Shown: piece by piece, positions 59,078 to 64,000 of the stretch
Layout: each line of letters starts with the position of its first letter
Numbering within the stretch: position 1 is the first letter of the stretch
From: the human T2T-CHM13v2.0 reference genome, Homo sapiens
Assembly: GCF_009914755.1 (NCBI RefSeq)
Contig: NC_060929.1
Strand: one strand, 5' to 3'
Length of the DNA: 64,000 nucleotides
The notes under the pieces: generated by a model
Told to the model about the DNA's origin: nothing
The model's database searches: none
Seen by the model: the letters and a program-made list of their open reading frames with translations, nothing else
Position numbers and translations under genes: made by a program

Positions 59078-59282
59078 AATGGTGATTCTCAATCAGGGAT
59101 GAGTTTGCTCTCCAAGGGACATTTGGTAATGTCCAGACATTTTTTATAATCATTGGGGGATGCTACTGGCATCTAGTACGTAGAGCCAGGAATGCTGCTA
59201 AGCATAGTGTAACACATAGTACAGCCCCCACAACAATTATCCAGTCCAAAATGCCAATAATGCCAAAATGGAGTAGTCCTGT
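59078..59282 (+). mobile_element. MER20 inserted into an L2 3' end (~58930-59410)
   Basis: gattctcaatcagggatgagtttgctctccaagggacatttggtaatgtc..gatgctactggcatctagt..agagccaggaatgctgctaa. Confidence 0.88.
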
Positions 59283-61392
59283 CCACAAAAAGATGCTAGT
59301 GTTCAGGATCATCTCTGTGTCCTAATGCCAGGCACAGGGTCTGACATTATTAGTAAGGCTCAACATATACGAATCAAAGTAGAGAGTGAATGAATGCATG
59401 AATGGATGATGGAGCAAGTGCATTACAGCAGACTGGATTCCGTTTGTCGTAGAGTACAAGTACTGGAAGCCCAGGTACTAGAAGAACTACTATCAATTAA
59501 TGTGGGACTCCACCAGACTAGCAGGATGTAGAAATGAATTCAGATGTAGCCCACAGGCAGTTGGCATAAGGAAAGCATAGTGGGATACTACTTTGATATA
59601 TTAATCTGTTTCTCTTTCACTCCCTTTTATCTCTTTGCCTTTCTTCCATTTATAGAACAGTTAGATATATATTCTATAACTCCTACCCTCAAGGAGGAGG
59701 ATGGGGCAATACTAACACAAAATAAAAGAATAAACTTTCTTGCTTTGGAGTTTTGAAAGTCAAGCTTCAAGTATAAAATAAAAATACTTGGAAAAATATA
59801 GGTAGTCATGTCCAGTTTCTCTGTCCCTGAGACTAGATAAAACACTGTAGCAAGAGAGGGAGGGAAAATCAGAGTGGGGAAAAGAGACTTGGTCCAGAGT
59901 GGGTTCCAGAGAAGGAGTCTCATATTCTTTTCCCTTCTTCTGAGTTTGGGGCTGGAGGTAGAGAGAGCAACCCCAGAAGGACATAAGGAAACTGAGAAGA
60001 AGAATCTGCTTCTCCCACCTCTGGATAAACCCTAGACAGTAGTTAAGATCCCAGCCTTCCCTTGCACCTGGAATGCTGCAGGAATAATAGTCCAGAAATG
60101 ACTATATGGAGCATCTGGGTAGGACCACCAACCTTCCCAGCCCTCAGAGTGGCAGAGGTGTGGCCTTCTCACTCCAAGGTGTGGCCATTTAGCAGAGCCA
60201 GATCTTCAGCATCCCTGGGATTGGGCAGAAGAGGATACAACAGAGATCTTATGGAGACTGGATTAGAATGAAGTTATCTTAGAAGATGCCAATGTGGACA
60301 GATGATAGTGTCCCTTATCAGTTCCTCCCCACTTATGTCACAGCCCTATGCAACCCTGGAAAAGAAGAGGGATGGGGACATTCTAAATTGAATGAGTTCA
60401 GCTTTTATCACAAAGAAGGAAAGCTCAGAATAGAAATTCAATTCAATTCAAGAAAAAAATGTAGTTACATTTCTTGCATGTCTGATCTCGTGTACTCACT
60501 ACGGAAGTTTATCAGATGGTAACAGCTTCCCGGCAAGAAGTCTGAAGTTAGGAGCATCCCTAAATGGGTTACTGATAAGAGTAAAGGATGACTATAATAT
60601 TGGGGGAGTGGCATATAATGGAAATTATTAACTCAGAACCTCAGTCCCTGGGAGGAAAGCAGGATTCCTGCCACTAGCACTGTATTGCAAGGAACAGACA
60701 GGGTCTGGGAAGTGAATGGAGTCATTTAATTCCCCAACCAGGGAACAAGGTCAGGCTGAATCGGCAATAGCTGAGACCTGATGTTATGCTCTGAGCATTG
60801 GATGGAAACTGCTTAAAGATCTGTCTTCAAAAGTCAGCCTTGGCCATCACGAATGAAATGGGCAGAGTTTACGTGACCTCAATACTGGAGAAGAAGGAGT
60901 ATAAGCTTGAGAATAGTTGTCTAAATGATTTAGTTTTTGACAAATGAATCTTTTAAAAAAAGACAATGTGAATTATTAGAAAAAAGTAGTATCCACAGTA
61001 CTCACATTACATTTCAAAAATCTTGATGTTTTTAATCTAAGCATCATGCCCAAATATTAATTTTTCTGTCAAGCGTTTTCTGCTGCTTACTAATCTGACA
61101 CTTTGGGGGGCCTCCATTTGGAAGAAATAATGATTGGAAAAGTAATTCTGGGGTCCTTTGAGCTTATCAATTAAAACACCATCTTTTTCATCTACTTTTT
61201 AAAAAGTACATGTTAAATTGCATGACAATATTCTTGGGTCACTGCAGGTGTAAAGGAATCCTCTGTTCAATGGTGTGTCCTTTAAGAGTCCATAAGAGTT
61301 GGTCTCTCTCAACTCTCTAGGCTCACCTCCTGACAGTCTTCATCTCTAATCCTCTTCTCCATTGCATTGTCCTTCATGAGTTCTCTGACTAC

Positions 61393-61929
61393 TGTGGTGG
61401 GCTGAATCATGGAGCCACAAAATAGAAGTCCACATGGATCCTCAGAACGCGAACCTACTTGGACTAAGAGTCTTTATAAGTGTCGTTAGTGTAAGGATCC
61501 CACAATGAGATGAGATCATCCTGAATTAGAGTGGGGCCCTAAATCCAGTGACAAGTGTCCTCATAGGAGACAGAAAATGAGAGGACACGGAGACACGCAG
61601 AGGGGAAGACCATGTGAAGATGGAGGCAGCAATTAGTGCAATCAGTCAAGGCTTGCCAGAAGTCACCAGAAGCTAGGAAAGAGACAGAATGGATTCCCCC
61701 TTAGCGCCTTCAGAAGGCAACAACCCACTCACATCCGTATTTCAGGCTTCTAGCCCCTAGAACTATAAGATGATAAATGTCTATTGTTTTAAATCACCAA
61801 CTTAGTGATAACTCGTTATGATACTTGTGTTTTTGTGCCTGGCTTATTTCACTTAGCATAGTGTTTTCAAGTTTCATCCATGTTGTAGTATGTGTCAGAA
61901 TTCCATTCCCTTCTAAGTGAACTAATACA
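61393..61929 (+). mobile_element. MLT1C-like MaLR solo LTR with ~100-bp L1MB insert (61822-61920)
   Basis: tgtggtgggctgaat ... gaagaccatgtgaagatggaggcag ... ttgttttaaatcaccaa ... actaataca. Confidence 0.88.
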
Positions 61930-62043
61930 GCCACTCCAAGTTCTTTGACTATGCTGTGCTCTTCCTTCTCAGGCCCACACACATACTGTCTCCTCTTCAG
62001 TTATACTATCTACCTGTTCATTCCCTCTTCACTGACTTTTGGT

Positions 62044-62255
62044 CAGCATTTGACAAACTTCCTGCCAAGGACTAGGTAACTATTTTAGGTATTTTGAGCT
62101 ATATGGTGTCTGTCACAACTACCCAACCCTGGTATTATATCATGAAAGTATTCATAAATAATATATAAGCAAATGGGTATGGTTGTGTTCCAATAAAACT
62201 TTATTTATAAAAACAAGGCTGGATTTGCCTGTTGGCTGCAGTTTTCTGACAACTG
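62044..62255 (+). mobile_element. MER58A hAT-Charlie inside an L2 (+, ~61290-62530)
   Basis: Perfect 8-bp TSD cttttggt; tgtgttccaataaaactttatttataaaaacaagg. Confidence 0.9.
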
Positions 62256-62599
62256 CTTTTGGTTATTTTCCAGATCTCAGCTTAAACATCATTTTCTAGC
62301 AGCCTTTCCCTAACTTCTTAAGATAAAATATTTCATACTGTGTCTTTAGAGCCCTTATGCTACTCTGATTACCTCATGGTGCATATGTTTGTTTAATGCT
62401 TGGTTTCCTAACAAACTGAGAGCTCCATGTGATCAGGGATTGTGTCTGGGTTTGCTCATCACTGGAGTCCCAGTACCTGACACAGTCCTAGCATGTAGCT
62501 GAACTCAGTAATTATTTTACAAACCTATGAATAATGAGCATTAGCATCATTCTTGGGCTTTCACAGGTAAAGTCTCATTGCTGAAATTGGGTTAAAAAT

Positions 62600-63150
62600 A
62601 TGCAGCTAGCAATTTCTTAAAAAGTTAAACCAAGAATTACTGTATGGTCCAGCAATTCCACTTCCGGGTGTATATGCAAAAGAATTGAAAGCAGGGACTA
62701 AAGAAGATACATGCACAATCATATTCCTAGCAGCATTATTCACAATAGGCAAAAATGGAAACAACTCAGATGTCCATCGGTGGATGGATGGATAAACAAA
62801 ATGTGGTGATATGCACATACAATGGAACATCGTTCCCTTAGAAAGGAATGAAATTCTAACACATACTACAACATGGATGACACTTGAAAACACTATGCTA
62901 AGTCACAAAAGAGACAGAATTGTATAGTTCCATTTATATGAAATACCTAGAAAAATAAAATTTATAAATAGAAAAAAGGATCATGGTTACAAGGTTCTGG
63001 GAGAAAGGGAGAATAGAATGTTATTGTTTAATGTATACAAAGTTTTTGTTTGGGATGATATTGGTGATAGTTCCACAACATTGTGGATGTACTCAATGCC
63101 ACTGGATTGTATACCTAAAAATAGTTAAATGGTAAAGATAATTTTAAAAA
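62600..63150 (+). mobile_element. L1MB-like 3' end
   Basis: ccagcaattccacttccgggtgtatatgcaaaagaattgaaagcaggg..gatggataaacaaaatgtgg..aatgccactggattgtatacctaaaaatagttaaa. Confidence 0.9.
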
Positions 63151-64000
63151 TGGCAGGAATTAATCAGATTGAATATGGGAAGAAACTAGGCCAGGATAGA
63201 ATAGAATAGAACAGATGAGAATGAAATCATAGGATGCTATTGGTGGAAAGGACCTCAGAGATAAGCTGGTACAATAGCTGCCCTCTTCTCTCATTTTACA
63301 GAGAAAAAAACAAAAAACAAAACAAAAAAACAAGAGCCATTGTGGTTCTGTGGAAAGCAAACTAGGTTTCAAAAGACCTGGATTTAAGCCCAACTGGGAC
63401 CCCTGGTTTACTCAGCATCCTCAGACACATCTTTGGCCCGTGTGTCTGAAATTTGTGATTCTAAAATCTCTGGTTGGTCTGTTCTTCTGGTCTTTGGTTT
63501 CAATCAGGGTTTCCTTCCTGGTGATCTGGGCAAGCAGTTTATTGGCTTTTGTGACGGAGTTTTTCTGAGTTTTGGCTAACCTTGTTGATTGCTTCCCTGT
63601 GCTTGGTCTGCAAGCCCATTCCAATTCCCATGCAGTTTTGTGTAAAGATATCTTCATTAAAGACACCTGCTTGGCTTCATTTCGCTTCACAGTGTGTTTC
63701 AATTCATTTTTATGGGCGGAGGCAGCCAGCTGCAATGGATAATCTGGCATCTACTTTAAATGTTGTCTCATGCCCACCTTACAACATTATGACAGTCAAT
63801 TGACATCTTGGGACAGCAGTTTTCCTAAGATTAATGACAATAACAATTATTGTTTTTTTTTCTTATGCTAATTTATTAAACTTTTGTGAGGATCAAATTG
63901 TTAGGGGACATTGACTCTACTTAGTTAACTCACAGCAAAATGGTAAAAACCAGTGGTTACATCTGTTTGGTATTTTTCTACTAGAGTGTTAGTTCCCAGA

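Overview
This is human genomic DNA: a near-consensus AluYb8, a human-specific subfamily, lies at 51111-51425. The 64 kb window is AT-rich, has no CpG island and is dominated by transposable-element fossils: about 10 L1 segments (mostly minus strand), about 18 Alu/FLAM, many MIR and L2 pieces, several solo LTRs (MER50, MER51-like, MSTA, MLT1s, LTR16-like, MER54-like) and hAT/Tigger DNA transposons. I find no recognisable protein-coding exon, RNA gene or CRISPR-like system, and the longer ORFs mostly fall within Alu, L1, LTR or simple repeats. It most likely represents a long intron or lncRNA locus, probably transcribed on the + strand (antisense L1 bias, several + strand splice-site candidates). 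I cannot name the gene. The best second-look items are a 72-bp, 93% identical inverted templated copy of a neighbouring L1MB inside an MLT1C end, three clustered AluY copies sharing an unusual linker, the young AluYb8, a palindromic POU/octamer cluster, a 45-bp AT-rich quasi-palindrome and candidate non-coding exons. I see no convincing new biological system. Repeat family names come from my recall of consensus sequences, and boundaries without a TSD are approximate.
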